Source of the DNA: an uncultured Planctomycetales bacterium
GTDB taxonomy: Bacteria > Omnitrophota > Gorgyraeia > Zapsychrales > JANLHA01
Direction of reading: 5' to 3'
Length of the DNA: 64,000 bases
Assembly: GCA_964450385.1 (NCBI GenBank)
Contig: CAYVEC010000009.1
Location: forward strand, 391-64,390
The notes beneath the pieces were generated by a model. That model saw nothing but the letters and a program-made list of their open reading frames with translations, searched no databases and had not been told where the DNA came from. Positions 31,320 to 41,248 of the stretch are shown piece by piece (within the stretch, counting starts at the first letter, position 1; every line of letters starts with the position of its first letter). Position numbers and translations under genes: made by a program.

Positions 31320-31654
31320 GGAGTTTCCTCAAAATAATTTTTAAGACGGGTTTTTGAGCCCGGATACAAAATGCGCAGAAATTTGACGCCGACACGGAAG
31401 AGACCAGAAAGCCCTTCGCGCCGGACCCAGGCAACCTCGCCGAGAACAAGCGACGGCTCTCCGCCGACATTCAGATCGACCTCAACTGCGATCTGTCTCC
31501 GGATCGGGATCCGCTTGCGCGAGACAAGCCCGATCCCGCCCTGGCTGATATCAATCGTGCAGAGATCGCTAAAAACGCCCCGGTCAGGCGCGTCAACCGG
31601 AACGCGGCACGCATGACGAAGCGACCTGCGATGATTTATAACATGTTTATTCAT
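31316..31654 (-). CDS. Stand-alone PilZ-domain protein (c-di-GMP receptor candidate)
   Basis: RxxxR motif (RRSLRHACRVPV) and DxSxGG motif (DISQGGIGL). Overlaps the downstream PilZ gene by 4 nt. Confidence 0.6.
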   Translation of the reverse strand: MNKHVINHRRSLRHACRVPVDAPDRGVFSDLCTIDISQGGIGLVSRKRIPIRRQIAVEVDLNVGGEPSLVLGEVAWVRREGLSGLFRVGVKFLRILYPGSKTRLKNYFEETP

Positions 31655-31816
31655 AATAAGTTGTGTATTTTTTATTAATCCGTATTTATTCTATACCCAC
31701 AAATCGAAAAATCAACACTTTTGTCATTTTGTTTTATAAAAAATTTTTCTTTATTCGCAAGATGTTCATATGTAGAATGCTTTTACTAATAATGACCCCC
31801 CACAGAAGGACCTCGT

Positions 31817-32098
31817 ATGACGAACGATCGCGAATCAGAACAAATTCAAAATATCTACAAAGAACGCGGCTACCAAAAACAAACCTTCAAAGAATACATG
31901 GACGCCAAAAAGCAGGCCCAAAAGCCAAAGGCCCCGCTCCCTCTGCCGGTGAAGATCATTTTATACACACCGCTCATCATCATCGCGTGCGCCGGGCTCG
32001 TCTTCATCCCGTTCGTCATTTATCTCATCTTCGCATCGCCGGAGGTGAAGACCGACAAGCCAGTGAACACCACCGCATCATCCGTCTATAAAAAATAG
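31817..32098 (+). CDS. Hypothetical small single-TM protein
   Basis: 93 aa with a central TM helix, preceded by an AT-rich promoter region. Confidence 0.3.
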   Translation: MTNDRESEQIQNIYKERGYQKQTFKEYMDAKKQAQKPKAPLPLPVKIILYTPLIIIACAGLVFIPFVIYLIFASPEVKTDKPVNTTASSVYKK

Positions 32099-32110
32099 GG
32101 CCCGCTCACC

Positions 32111-32842
32111 ATGCTGAATATCGACATCATCGCGATCACCCTCCTTACGCTCTATTTCGTCGGCGGATGGCATTTTGCCCTCTTCCGGAGCCTCATTGGG
32201 CCGGGATCGTTTCTCCTGTCGTACACGATCGCGGTCATCAATTACGACCTCATGTCAAACCCCATCATCGCGACCATCGTCTGCGTGACTGGGACCGTCG
32301 GGCTCACGATCGCGCTCAACATCCTTTTTATCGCCGCCCAGATGTCCGTCGATAAAAAATACCGCAACTACACACTCTGGATAAACCGCCTCGCCGGCGG
32401 GCTGATCAGCGTCGCGTGGAACGGGCTCCTCACGGTCATGGCCGTCATCATCTTCATGATCCTTCCCGACAACGGAGGCCCCGTCAGCAAAATCCAGACA
32501 GAGATCAACACCTCATGGTCCTACGGATACGCCAACGCTTTTATTGTTCCCCGGGTCCCGAAGCTCAACACCCTCGCCCTCGGGCTCCTCGTCTTCAAAG
32601 ACCCGAGCCATTTCGCGGCGGTCGCGGACACGAATGAATATCACGATTTCTTTAACAATCCCCGTCTCCAGGCGATCCTCACCGACAACGAGACCCTCGA
32701 TCAGATCGAACAACGCGACATCCTGCGGCTCATGAAGAACCCCAAGGTCCATGCCGCGATCAACGATACCGGGCTTATCAACAGCACCTCGAGGCTCATT
32801 CTTCTGATGTACCATCGTCAGAAGGAGAGCCCTTCCTCGTAA
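32111..32842 (+). CDS. CvpA-family membrane protein
   Basis: Four TM segments in the N-terminal half and a soluble C-terminal extension. Family call from overall pattern only. Confidence 0.5.
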   Translation: MLNIDIIAITLLTLYFVGGWHFALFRSLIGPGSFLLSYTIAVINYDLMSNPIIATIVCVTGTVGLTIALNILFIAAQMSVDKKYRNYTLWINRLAGGLISVAWNGLLTVMAVIIFMILPDNGGPVSKIQTEINTSWSYGYANAFIVPRVPKLNTLALGLLVFKDPSHFAAVADTNEYHDFFNNPRLQAILTDNETLDQIEQRDILRLMKNPKVHAAINDTGLINSTSRLILLMYHRQKESPSS

Positions 32843-32853
32843 TCTCACAGGGA

Positions 32854-34260
32854 TTATTTGCCGATACAGAACTGAGAAAAAATAGCCTCGATGAGATCGT
32901 CGTCGGCGTGGCGGCCGGTGATCGCATCGAGATGATCGATCGCCTGACGAATATGTTCGGCGATGAATTCAAGGGAGAGCCCTCGGCCCATATCGGATCG
33001 GGCCTGCGAGACCGCGGCCAGGGCCTGACGCAAGGCCTCGATGTGGCGAATATTCGTGACCTGAACCTTATGCGATTCCAGAGTCTGGCCCTGAAGAACG
33101 CGCTCGACCAAACACCGCCTCAGATCATCAAGCCCCTGACCGTGAAGGAGGTCGGTCGAGACCACAGGAACGCCGGGGATCCGTTCATGAACCGCGCTGC
33201 GGTCAAGGGCACACGGCAGATCCACTTTATTCACGACCACAACGGCTCTCTGCCCCCGCACCTCATCCATTAAGGCGGCATCGTCGCCCGAGATCGGCCG
33301 GCTTGCGTCTAAAACCAGGACCGTGAGGTCCGCGTGACGGATATGCTCACGGCTCCGCTGGACCGCCGCCTCCTCGATCACATCACGGGGTTGCAAGATA
33401 CCGGCGGTGTCGACTGCATGGAACACGATCCCCTCGATCTGAAGGATCTCCTCAACCGCATCACGAGTGGTCCCCTCGATCGGAGACACGATCGCCCGCT
33501 CATGACAGAGCAGGGCGTTCAATAACGACGATTTCCCGACATTCGGCTTCCCGCAGATCACAAGGCGGACCCCCTCGCGGAGGACCCTCCCCTGGTCCGC
33601 ATGCTCGAGAAGAGCATTCATATCGCGGATCGCATCACGACAGACATCCCCGATCCGTCCGGTGAGGCCATCCTCGTCGGCCTCACCCGGAAAATTCAAG
33701 GCGCCCTCAGCCAGGACATACCCTTCCATGAGACGGTCCCGTGTGCTCGCCAACTGGCGTGTCAGATTCCCGCGAAGCTGATCTTCAGAGACCCGAAGGG
33801 CGGCAGATGTCTGGGCCCGGATCACATCAAGCACGGCCTCGGCCTGAGCGAGATCGATCCGGCCGTGCAAAAACGCCCGCTTGGTAAATTCACCAGGGCC
33901 CGCGAGCCGCGCGCCTTTCTCCAACACAAGCGAGAGGACCGCCTGAACAACCGCGGCCCCGCCGTGACAGCTGATCTCGACGACATCTTCACACGTGTAA
34001 CTCCTCGGCGCGCGCATCACAGTCAGGAGGACCTCGTCGATCAGTTGGGCACCGTGATCATCGCGCCTCACCACATGACCATAATGAACGGTATGGGATC
34101 CAAATTCCGCCGGTCTCGCCTTGGGCTGGGCTGGGGTAAAAATCTCATCGGTGATCGCGAGGGCCTCGGGGCCGCTCATCCGAACAATCCCGATCCCCCC
34201 CAATCCTATCGGGGTTGAGATCGCCGCGATCGTATCCGCCAAACTCGTCACCTTCGACAC
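32854..34260 (-). CDS. mnmE: tRNA modification GTPase MnmE (TrmE)
   Basis: N-terminal domain, G domain (GKPNVGKSSLLNAL) and the C-terminal CIGK motif. Confidence 0.9.
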   Translation of the reverse strand: MSKVTSLADTIAAISTPIGLGGIGIVRMSGPEALAITDEIFTPAQPKARPAEFGSHTVHYGHVVRRDDHGAQLIDEVLLTVMRAPRSYTCEDVVEISCHGGAAVVQAVLSLVLEKGARLAGPGEFTKRAFLHGRIDLAQAEAVLDVIRAQTSAALRVSEDQLRGNLTRQLASTRDRLMEGYVLAEGALNFPGEADEDGLTGRIGDVCRDAIRDMNALLEHADQGRVLREGVRLVICGKPNVGKSSLLNALLCHERAIVSPIEGTTRDAVEEILQIEGIVFHAVDTAGILQPRDVIEEAAVQRSREHIRHADLTVLVLDASRPISGDDAALMDEVRGQRAVVVVNKVDLPCALDRSAVHERIPGVPVVSTDLLHGQGLDDLRRCLVERVLQGQTLESHKVQVTNIRHIEALRQALAAVSQARSDMGRGLSLEFIAEHIRQAIDHLDAITGRHADDDLIEAIFSQFCIGK

Positions 34261-35600
34261 AGCGCCTCCCTTGCCTGGGCCACCGCAAACAGGGATCCCG
34301 TGACCGCCACAACCTGGTCCACCCCGGCCTCACGGACCGCCCGATGAAGGGCCTCTTGAAAATTCCCCGCGTGCTCGACCGCGTGACAATCCGTGAACAG
34401 GCCCGAACAATCGATCTCGTCCCAGCGCAGCGCCCGGCGATGATCGGCCGAGACAAGGGTGATCCGGCCGGCGGCCTGATCGATCTGCCGCGCGATCCCC
34501 GAAACATCTTTGTCCTTCGACAAACCCAACAAAATGTGCGCCTTCCGATCAGGAAAGACCGCATTCAGCGTCGAAAGAAATCCTTTAATGGAATCAACCG
34601 TGTGCGCTCCATCGACAACGACCATCGGATCACGCGACAAGATCTCGAATCGTCCGGGCCAAAACGCCCCAGCCAGTCCCGCAGCCGCATGCGACGGCGT
34701 AACGCTAAAGCCAAACTCATTAAGACGGCCCGTGACGCACAGAGCCATCGCAGCGTTATCGGCCTGAACGCGGCCGAGAAGGGAAAGGCGATAACGATAG
34801 GCGTGTCCGGCATAGCGCATCTCAACGGTCATTCCGTCCAGGTCTAGATGAACCGCATCAACGGTCACATCGCGCGGGACGCTGACGATCTGAACGCCTT
34901 GGGCCCATGCCATCTCTTCGATCACCGAGGCTGCCTCGCGTTTCTGTTCTGCGACGACCGCATATCGGCAACACGATTTAATGATCCCCGCCTTTTCTTT
35001 CGCGATCGCACCCAAGGTGTGCCCCAAAATATTCTGGTGCTCCCAACTGATCGGCGTGATCGCGCAGATCAAGGGCTCAACGACATTCGTGGCGTCAAGC
35101 CTGCCGCCGAGACCCGTCTCAAGGACCACGACATCGGTCATCTGTTCAAGAAAATAAATCAAGGCCACCGCGGTGAGCAATTCGAAATACGTCACGTCGA
35201 TGTGGGCGCGGCGCTCAAGGACCGCCTTGATCCGACGGACAATATCCACAAAAGCCGCCTCAGGGATCTCATCAGGGAAGAGATCCACCGGCGAGGACGA
35301 TGAAGAAGCCGAGGTGAGGACGCGGATCCGTTCACGGACGCCGTGCAGGTGCGGGGACGTGAACAGCCCGACCCGATACCCGGCGCATCTCAGGATCTCA
35401 GCGGCAAAGGCGCATGTGGACCCCTTGCCTTTCGTGCCGGCAAGATGAATGCATTTGAGCTGACGCTGGGGATCGCCAAAGGCGTGCAGAAGTTCTCGCA
35501 GGCCATCAAGCCGAAAATCGTCAGCAGAAAGACCGTCGAGGGCATGCTCATAATTCGCCAACTGCTCAAGATAACCGCTGATGTCCGAGGGAATAGCCAT
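34248..35600 (-). CDS. folC: Bifunctional folylpolyglutamate synthase / dihydrofolate synthase
   Basis: P-loop (HLAGTKGKGST) and the Mur-ligase fold pattern. Confidence 0.8.
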   Translation of the reverse strand: MAIPSDISGYLEQLANYEHALDGLSADDFRLDGLRELLHAFGDPQRQLKCIHLAGTKGKGSTCAFAAEILRCAGYRVGLFTSPHLHGVRERIRVLTSASSSSSPVDLFPDEIPEAAFVDIVRRIKAVLERRAHIDVTYFELLTAVALIYFLEQMTDVVVLETGLGGRLDATNVVEPLICAITPISWEHQNILGHTLGAIAKEKAGIIKSCCRYAVVAEQKREAASVIEEMAWAQGVQIVSVPRDVTVDAVHLDLDGMTVEMRYAGHAYRYRLSLLGRVQADNAAMALCVTGRLNEFGFSVTPSHAAAGLAGAFWPGRFEILSRDPMVVVDGAHTVDSIKGFLSTLNAVFPDRKAHILLGLSKDKDVSGIARQIDQAAGRITLVSADHRRALRWDEIDCSGLFTDCHAVEHAGNFQEALHRAVREAGVDQVVAVTGSLFAVAQAREALCRR

Positions 35601-35635
35601 GGATCACCCCGCGCCTCCGACGTCTTCCAAGACGA

Positions 35636-37195
35636 TCAATGTTTGAAGTGACGGCACCCGGTCATGACCATCACGATCCCGTGCTTATCCGCCTCAGCAA
35701 TCACGGCGTCATCGGCCACCGAACCGCCGGTCTGAATAATACCGGCGACGCCTGCCCGAGCCGCGGCCTGAACATTGTCGACATGAGGCAAAAAAGCGTC
35801 CGAGACCATCAGCGCCCCGCGGGCCGCCTTGCCGGCCTTGTCGATCGCAATCTGGGCGCTCCCGACCCGGCTCGTCTGCCCGCAGCCAACACCGACGACG
35901 CGCCGCCCCTTCACGAGAATCACCGCATTCGAACGGATATGTTTGACCACCTTCCACCCAAATAAAAGGCTCTCGCACTGAGCGGCGGTCATCCGTTTTC
36001 TCGAGACCACGCGCAGCTCGTCCTTCGTGATTCCCTTCGTGTCGCGCTGCTGGATCAACATCCCCCCGTCGACCTGGCGCATATTATGAGGGGCCCCATC
36101 TCCACGATTCGTCTTCAGTTCGATGACCCGAAAATTCTGTTTCTGGCTCAAGAGTTTCAGCGCCGCCCGATCATATCCAGGCGCGATCACGCACTCCATG
36201 AACCCGCTCGCGGCAATCGCCTCAGCAGTAGCCACGTCAACTTTTTTATTGAATCCTATAATCCCGCCGAAGGCCGCCAGGGGATCCGTCCGATGCGCCG
36301 CCGTGTAGGCCTTGACCAAGGTCTCATCCTCGGCCACACCCGTCGGATTATTATGCTTAATAATGACCGCGGCCGGGTCCTGAAAATCCCGGACAACCTC
36401 AAGGGCTGCCTGGAGATCCAAAAAATTATTAAACGACAGCTCCTTGCCGTTCAACTGCTTCATCGCCGCCAGCCCATGGGTCGAATCGGAATCATAACGA
36501 TAAAACGCAGCCTGCTGATGCGGATTCTCGCCATAGCGGAGGTCCCGCTCCTTAATCAGGCAGACCTGGACCTCGCGGGGGAACTCAGTGAACGCCTTCT
36601 CACTCCGACGAGATTTTAAAAAATGATAGATCATCGTGTCATACGATGAGGTGTGTTCGAAGGTCTCAACGGCAAGGCCCATGAGGATCGAATCCGAGAG
36701 CATCCCGCTATTGGCCTGAAGCTCATCGAGGACCGCGCGATATCGTTGCGGGTTACAGACAACGGCCACGCTCCTGAAATTCTTCGCCGCGGCGCGGAGC
36801 ATCGTCGGCCCGCCGATGTCGATATTTTCGATCGCCTCGTCGAAATCCACGTTCTTTTTCGACGTCACCCGCTCAAAAGGATAAAGATTGACCACGACCA
36901 TGTCGATGAGGCCGATCCCATGGTCCTTGAGGGCCTGAAGATGGGACGGATCATCACGAAGGGCCAGAAGCCCGGCATGGATCTTCGGATGCAGGGTTTT
37001 CACCCGCCCGGCCAGGATCTCCGGAGAGCCGGTATAATCCGCGACCTCAACGACCTCGATCCCGGCCTGGGCCAGCGCCTTCGCCGTTCCGCCGGTAGAT
37101 AGGATCTCCACACCCAACCCCTTCAGACCGCGCGCGAAATCAACGATTCCGGTCTTATCAGACACGCTGATCAACACACGATTGACCTTGATCAT
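35636..37195 (-). CDS. purH: Bifunctional AICAR transformylase / IMP cyclohydrolase
   Basis: 519 aa with an MGS-like N-terminal domain (VLISVSDKTGIVDFARGL) and an AICARFT domain. Confidence 0.9.
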   Translation of the reverse strand: MIKVNRVLISVSDKTGIVDFARGLKGLGVEILSTGGTAKALAQAGIEVVEVADYTGSPEILAGRVKTLHPKIHAGLLALRDDPSHLQALKDHGIGLIDMVVVNLYPFERVTSKKNVDFDEAIENIDIGGPTMLRAAAKNFRSVAVVCNPQRYRAVLDELQANSGMLSDSILMGLAVETFEHTSSYDTMIYHFLKSRRSEKAFTEFPREVQVCLIKERDLRYGENPHQQAAFYRYDSDSTHGLAAMKQLNGKELSFNNFLDLQAALEVVRDFQDPAAVIIKHNNPTGVAEDETLVKAYTAAHRTDPLAAFGGIIGFNKKVDVATAEAIAASGFMECVIAPGYDRAALKLLSQKQNFRVIELKTNRGDGAPHNMRQVDGGMLIQQRDTKGITKDELRVVSRKRMTAAQCESLLFGWKVVKHIRSNAVILVKGRRVVGVGCGQTSRVGSAQIAIDKAGKAARGALMVSDAFLPHVDNVQAAARAGVAGIIQTGGSVADDAVIAEADKHGIVMVMTGCRHFKH

Positions 37196-37241
37196 CTCCC
37201 GCCTTTCTGTAACACCCCTCTCCCTGCCACCAAGAACAAAT

Positions 37242-37270
37242 CCCCTCTTCCGTAATCAATGGAATAGGGG
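37242..37270 (-). terminator. Candidate intrinsic terminator downstream of rpsU
   Basis: Stem arms CCCCTCTTCC / GGAATAGGGG with one mismatch and a 9-nt loop, followed on the minus strand by a T-rich tract (ATTTGTTCTT). Confidence 0.35.
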
Positions 37271-37307
37271 ATTTGACATGCCGTTACCCGTTCATGAAGA
37301 GCCCGGA

Positions 37308-37460
37308 TCAACCATGCTTTTTTCGTTTTCTCTCCGAGGGTTTTGTATAGTAGCGGCGCTCTTTGAGCTCGACAAGAAACCCCTCTTTCTGACAGAGTTT
37401 CTTGAATTGGCGCATCGCCTTTTCAAAACCGCCTCGGTCGTTGACCTTGACTTCAACCAT
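37308..37460 (-). CDS. rpsU: 30S ribosomal protein S21
   Basis: 50-aa ORF (MVEVKVNDRGGFEKAMRQFKKLCQKEGFLVELKERRYYTKPSERKRKKHG), below the ORF-track length cutoff, matching the S21 family. Confidence 0.75.
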   Translation of the reverse strand: MVEVKVNDRGGFEKAMRQFKKLCQKEGFLVELKERRYYTKPSERKRKKHG

Positions 37461-37665
37461 AAATGTTCTCACCCGCCCTTCTTATGTAATCATCCTGATT
37501 AAAAATAGGTTTTTATTATAATATAGCTTCCTAAAAAGTAAAGGGCCACGAGCCCGATCGCCTTGAAAGGCGTTTATCCTACCACAGGTCCTTCGACCCG
37601 TCAATCGGGATTTTAGCGTGGTAATCCCAAAACAAATCTAACCCAACCGATTGGAAGAACTAAAG

Positions 37666-38328
37666 TTACCGCTTATTCGAAACGCCACGCTGCTGACAGA
37701 TATGGGCCAACGGGCAGCGCGAGCACAAGGGCGATATGGGGCGGCAGACGTTCTGACCCCACATCACGAGCATCGCATTATAATCATTCCAGTACTGCGC
37801 CGGAAGTCTGCGGCGAAGGGCCTGCTCAGTCTCCTCGGGGCTGCGCGTGCGCACATAGCCGAAACGGTTTGAGATCCGATGAACATGGGTATCGACACAC
37901 ATCGCGGGTTTGCCAAAACCCTCGATCAGGACCAGATTTGCTGTCTTTCGACCTACCCCTTTCATCATCAAGAGGGTCTCGATCTCGTCGGGCACCCGGC
38001 CATCAAAACGGGACAGAATATCCTCGCAGATCCCGATGATCGTCCGCGCCTTAGTCTTATAAAAACCCACCGGATAGATCGCGGTCGCGATCGTTTCCGC
38101 CGGAAGCCGCACCATGGCCTCCGGGGTATCGGCCAGGGCAAAAAGACGTTGAGCCGCCGGAAGCGTGGTCTCATCCTTTGTCCGGAGGCTCAGGATGCAC
38201 GAGATCAGGACCAAAAAAGGGCTGCGATACCGCTTGCCGACGAGCGTCACCGAAGGATCTGGGAGCGCCGCCAGGGCGGTCTTTAAAATTCTGATCACCA
38301 CATGAATATTCTGATTATTCACAGCCAT
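37666..38328 (-). CDS. nth: Endonuclease III
   Basis: HhH-GPD motif, catalytic Lys/Asp region and C-terminal 4Fe-4S motif (C-x6-C-x2-C-x5-C: CRPISPLCSRCPLAHIC). Confidence 0.85.
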   Translation of the reverse strand: MAVNNQNIHVVIRILKTALAALPDPSVTLVGKRYRSPFLVLISCILSLRTKDETTLPAAQRLFALADTPEAMVRLPAETIATAIYPVGFYKTKARTIIGICEDILSRFDGRVPDEIETLLMMKGVGRKTANLVLIEGFGKPAMCVDTHVHRISNRFGYVRTRSPEETEQALRRRLPAQYWNDYNAMLVMWGQNVCRPISPLCSRCPLAHICQQRGVSNKR

Positions 38329-38350
38329 CGGATGCCCCCGAGAAGAATGA

Positions 38351-39043
38351 CTAGGACGTCAGATGAATCCCGATATGAGAGACTAGGACGCGACCCGCGA
38401 CCACGGGGCCCTGACCGCGCGCCAAACCCGTCTTCGGCTGCTGGAAGGTAACGGTCCAATCCGCCTTGACACAGGCCCCCCAGACGCGGCCCGTCGTCGC
38501 ATCGAGCCCAGATGGGACATCCAGGGCAACGACCCGGCGGGCGTTCGAATTGATCGCCTCAATCACATCCACAAAAGGGGCTTCGAGCGGCCGCGACAAC
38601 CCAATACCGAAGAGGGCGTCAACCACAAGGTCTGCCGACGATATCTGCCGCCGAACAACGTCCGACACCTCACCAACACATCCGCACGGGATCTTCGACC
38701 GCTGAACCATCTCTGCGTTCACCCGGGCATCGCCCTTGAGCTGGCTGACCGGCGCGACACACAAGACCTCGACGAGGATCCCATGAAGATAAAGGTGCCG
38801 CGCGACAACATATCCATCCCCACCGTTGTTCCCCGGCCCGCAAACGACAATGACACGGGGGTCCTGACGCCGCCGAAGGATCCGGATGATATGTTCTGCG
38901 GCGCCGCGGCCCGCGTTCTCCATCAAGACGATCGACGGGATGCCGAATTCCCTGCTCGCACGGCGATCCAGGGCCTGCATCGCCCGCGCGGACAGAGGAC
39001 GCCCTGCTCCCGGCCGCACGACCCGCATCTTATCCCGCCTCAT
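38351..39043 (-). CDS. NAD(P)H-hydrate epimerase (YjeF N-terminal domain only)
   Basis: YjeF-N signature (VCGPGNNGGDG). No C-terminal dehydratase domain. Confidence 0.7.
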   Translation of the reverse strand: MRRDKMRVVRPGAGRPLSARAMQALDRRASREFGIPSIVLMENAGRGAAEHIIRILRRRQDPRVIVVCGPGNNGGDGYVVARHLYLHGILVEVLCVAPVSQLKGDARVNAEMVQRSKIPCGCVGEVSDVVRRQISSADLVVDALFGIGLSRPLEAPFVDVIEAINSNARRVVALDVPSGLDATTGRVWGACVKADWTVTFQQPKTGLARGQGPVVAGRVLVSHIGIHLTS

Positions 39044-39992
39044 AACCCATCTCCATCAATAGCCGGTCATCATCCCGCCATCCCCGACGGGTCTTCACAT
39101 GAAGGTCCAAAAAGACCTGACGCCCGAGCAGGGGTTCGAGTTCCGCGCGGGCCGCCGTGCCCACGCGCTTCAAATTCTCACCCTTGCGGCCGATCACGAT
39201 CTTCTTCTGCGACTCACGTTCAACCACGATCACCGCCTCGATCCGAAAGGTGTTGCCGCGCACCGCGCGGAACCGTTCGACCACGACCGCAACAGCATGC
39301 GGGACCTCTTCTTTAAGGATTCCATATAATTTTTCTCGAATAACGTCCGCGATCGCCATCTTCTTCGGCATATCGCTCACGGCATCCTCAGGATACAAAA
39401 AGGGGCCCGTCGGCAAATAAGAAAAGATCGCCTCATAAAGCTCATCGAGATGGATCCCGGTCTTCCCCGACAGAGGAAGGATCGTAAAACGCTCCATCTG
39501 GTCCGCCGAGCACCCTCTGACCTGCTCCCAGAGCTTGATATAATCCGAAAGATATCGGGCGTTCTTATCCACCTTGTTGAGGCCAAGGATGACCGGTACG
39601 TTAAGACTGTTGAGACGTTCCACAAGGCGTTCCTCATCAAGCCCGACGCGGTCCATCGTATCAACGAGATGAACGATACAGTCAACCCCGTGCATGCTGT
39701 GTTCCGTGGATTTAAGCATATACGCGTGGAGCCGGTCATCCCCATGATGAAACCCCGGCGTATCGATAAAGACGATCTGGCCGCGCTCGTCGGTATAAAC
39801 GCCCCGGATCTGCTGACGCGTGGTCTGGGGGATGTTCGAGACGATGGCGATCTTGCTGCCAACGAGACGATTCAGCAGGGTGGATTTCCCGACGTTCGGC
39901 CGGCCGATAATCGAGGCCATCCCGCTCTTCCGCTCGGCAGTCCCTGCCCCGGGATCCTTCCGTTTAGCCATCACCTCTCCTCCGATAGACAA
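39030..39992 (-). CDS. era: GTPase Era
   Basis: G1 motif (GRPNVGKST), G3/G4 motifs and a C-terminal KH domain. Confidence 0.9.
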   Translation of the reverse strand: MSIGGEVMAKRKDPGAGTAERKSGMASIIGRPNVGKSTLLNRLVGSKIAIVSNIPQTTRQQIRGVYTDERGQIVFIDTPGFHHGDDRLHAYMLKSTEHSMHGVDCIVHLVDTMDRVGLDEERLVERLNSLNVPVILGLNKVDKNARYLSDYIKLWEQVRGCSADQMERFTILPLSGKTGIHLDELYEAIFSYLPTGPFLYPEDAVSDMPKKMAIADVIREKLYGILKEEVPHAVAVVVERFRAVRGNTFRIEAVIVVERESQKKIVIGRKGENLKRVGTAARAELEPLLGRQVFLDLHVKTRRGWRDDDRLLMEMGYEAG

Positions 39993-40227
39993 CCACTGTT
40001 AACGCCACACAACTAAATAAGACCAAATTGATAATATTAAACGTCCGCCAGACAACGTCCTCGGAGCGGAACCCCGACGGCGCCATGAGGACAATACAGC
40101 TCCAGACCCCGAGCGCCCACGAGAGGCTGATATCCGCTGACGATCTGCGCCGAATGATCCGCACAATGAGCGGGATGTTCCACAGCGGCAAGACGATCGC
40201 CGCAACCAGGCCGAGCGTTTCCCACAT
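39964..40227 (-). CDS. SemiSWEET / PQ-loop (MtN3) family mini sugar transporter
   Basis: Start reassigned to MWETLGL with an AAGGGGGG RBS. The 87-aa, 3-TM product aligns along its length with bacterial SemiSWEETs: PLIVRIIRRRSSADIS corresponds to PQVLRVVMTKQTRDIS. Confidence 0.6.
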   Translation of the reverse strand: MWETLGLVAAIVLPLWNIPLIVRIIRRRSSADISLSWALGVWSCIVLMAPSGFRSEDVVWRTFNIINLVLFSCVALTVVVYRRRGDG

Positions 40228-40237
40228 ACGTCCCCCC

Positions 40238-41146
40238 TTATCCCGACGGACTAATGAACCGCTCGAGGACCGCGCGCCGCGCGTCAACATCGGCCATGGT
40301 CATCCGCGATGTCCGCGCAGCGCCGAACCCCTCGACATTGAACGAGGCGCACGTCGTCGCGTAAAGACAGGCCTTTCGGAACACCGCCTCGCTCAACCGG
40401 CCGGCCCGCGCCAGATACCCCATGAGCCCGCCGGCAAAGGTGTCTCCCGCCCCGGTCGGATCAACGACCCGCTCCACAGGATACGCCGGAAACGAGAACA
40501 CGAAATCATCTGAATAAAAAACGACCCCGTGCTCGCCCTTTTTCACCACAATGAACCGCGGCCCCATACGCCGAAGCGCGCGGGCAGCCCGGATACAGTT
40601 CGTTTCACCGGTGAGCAGGGCAGCCTCGCCGTCATTCGCCACAAAGAGGTCCACTTTTTTCATAAGCCGCGTCACGTCCGCACGCATGGTGTTAATCCAG
40701 AGATTCATGCTGTCAAGACCCACAAATTTAGGCTTGCGCATCCGGGCAAGGAGCGTCTCCTGACCGAGCGGGTCTCCGTTCGCCAAAAAGACATACGGGA
40801 TCCTCCGCTGCGCCTCGGTCACCTGGGGCTCAAAACCGGCCAGGACCCCTAATTCCGTCCCACGTGTAATCGCACAATTCCAATTCGAGGCGTCATACTC
40901 CCCGGTCCAATGAAAGGTCTGTCCCGACCGACGCTGAAGCGACGAACAGTCAACACCGCGACGCTCAAAAAGACGGATATATTTCACAGGGAAGTCCTCA
41001 CCTACCACCCCAACGACATGGGCCGGACCGAAGAGCGAGGCGCTCATCAAAAAATGCGAGGCCGATCCCCCGAGCATATCTTTTCGGACCCCTCCGGTCG
41101 TCGCGACATCATCCAAGGCCACTGTCCCCATCACCAACAGACTCAT
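40238..41146 (-). CDS. PfkB-family carbohydrate/nucleoside kinase
   Basis: Ribokinase-family signature (DPTGAGDTFAGG) and an N-terminal GG motif. Confidence 0.75.
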   Translation of the reverse strand: MSLLVMGTVALDDVATTGGVRKDMLGGSASHFLMSASLFGPAHVVGVVGEDFPVKYIRLFERRGVDCSSLQRRSGQTFHWTGEYDASNWNCAITRGTELGVLAGFEPQVTEAQRRIPYVFLANGDPLGQETLLARMRKPKFVGLDSMNLWINTMRADVTRLMKKVDLFVANDGEAALLTGETNCIRAARALRRMGPRFIVVKKGEHGVVFYSDDFVFSFPAYPVERVVDPTGAGDTFAGGLMGYLARAGRLSEAVFRKACLYATTCASFNVEGFGAARTSRMTMADVDARRAVLERFISPSG

Positions 41147-41248
41147 AAATCCTCCTCCTATTCATTGAAGAGTAAACCGCTTCCCAGCACCTCTTTGAGC
41201 GAGGCATTATAGCGGAGAACCTCCCGCGGCGCAAACAAAACGCCCGGC

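Noticed and set aside
37461-37665. Possible small RNA or tRNA in the rpsU-nth intergenic region
   Set aside because: No tRNA T-loop (GTTCGA/GTTCRANYC) or cloverleaf could be drawn. I could not match SRP-RNA or 6S-RNA conserved boxes. It is more simply the rpsU promoter and 5'UTR.
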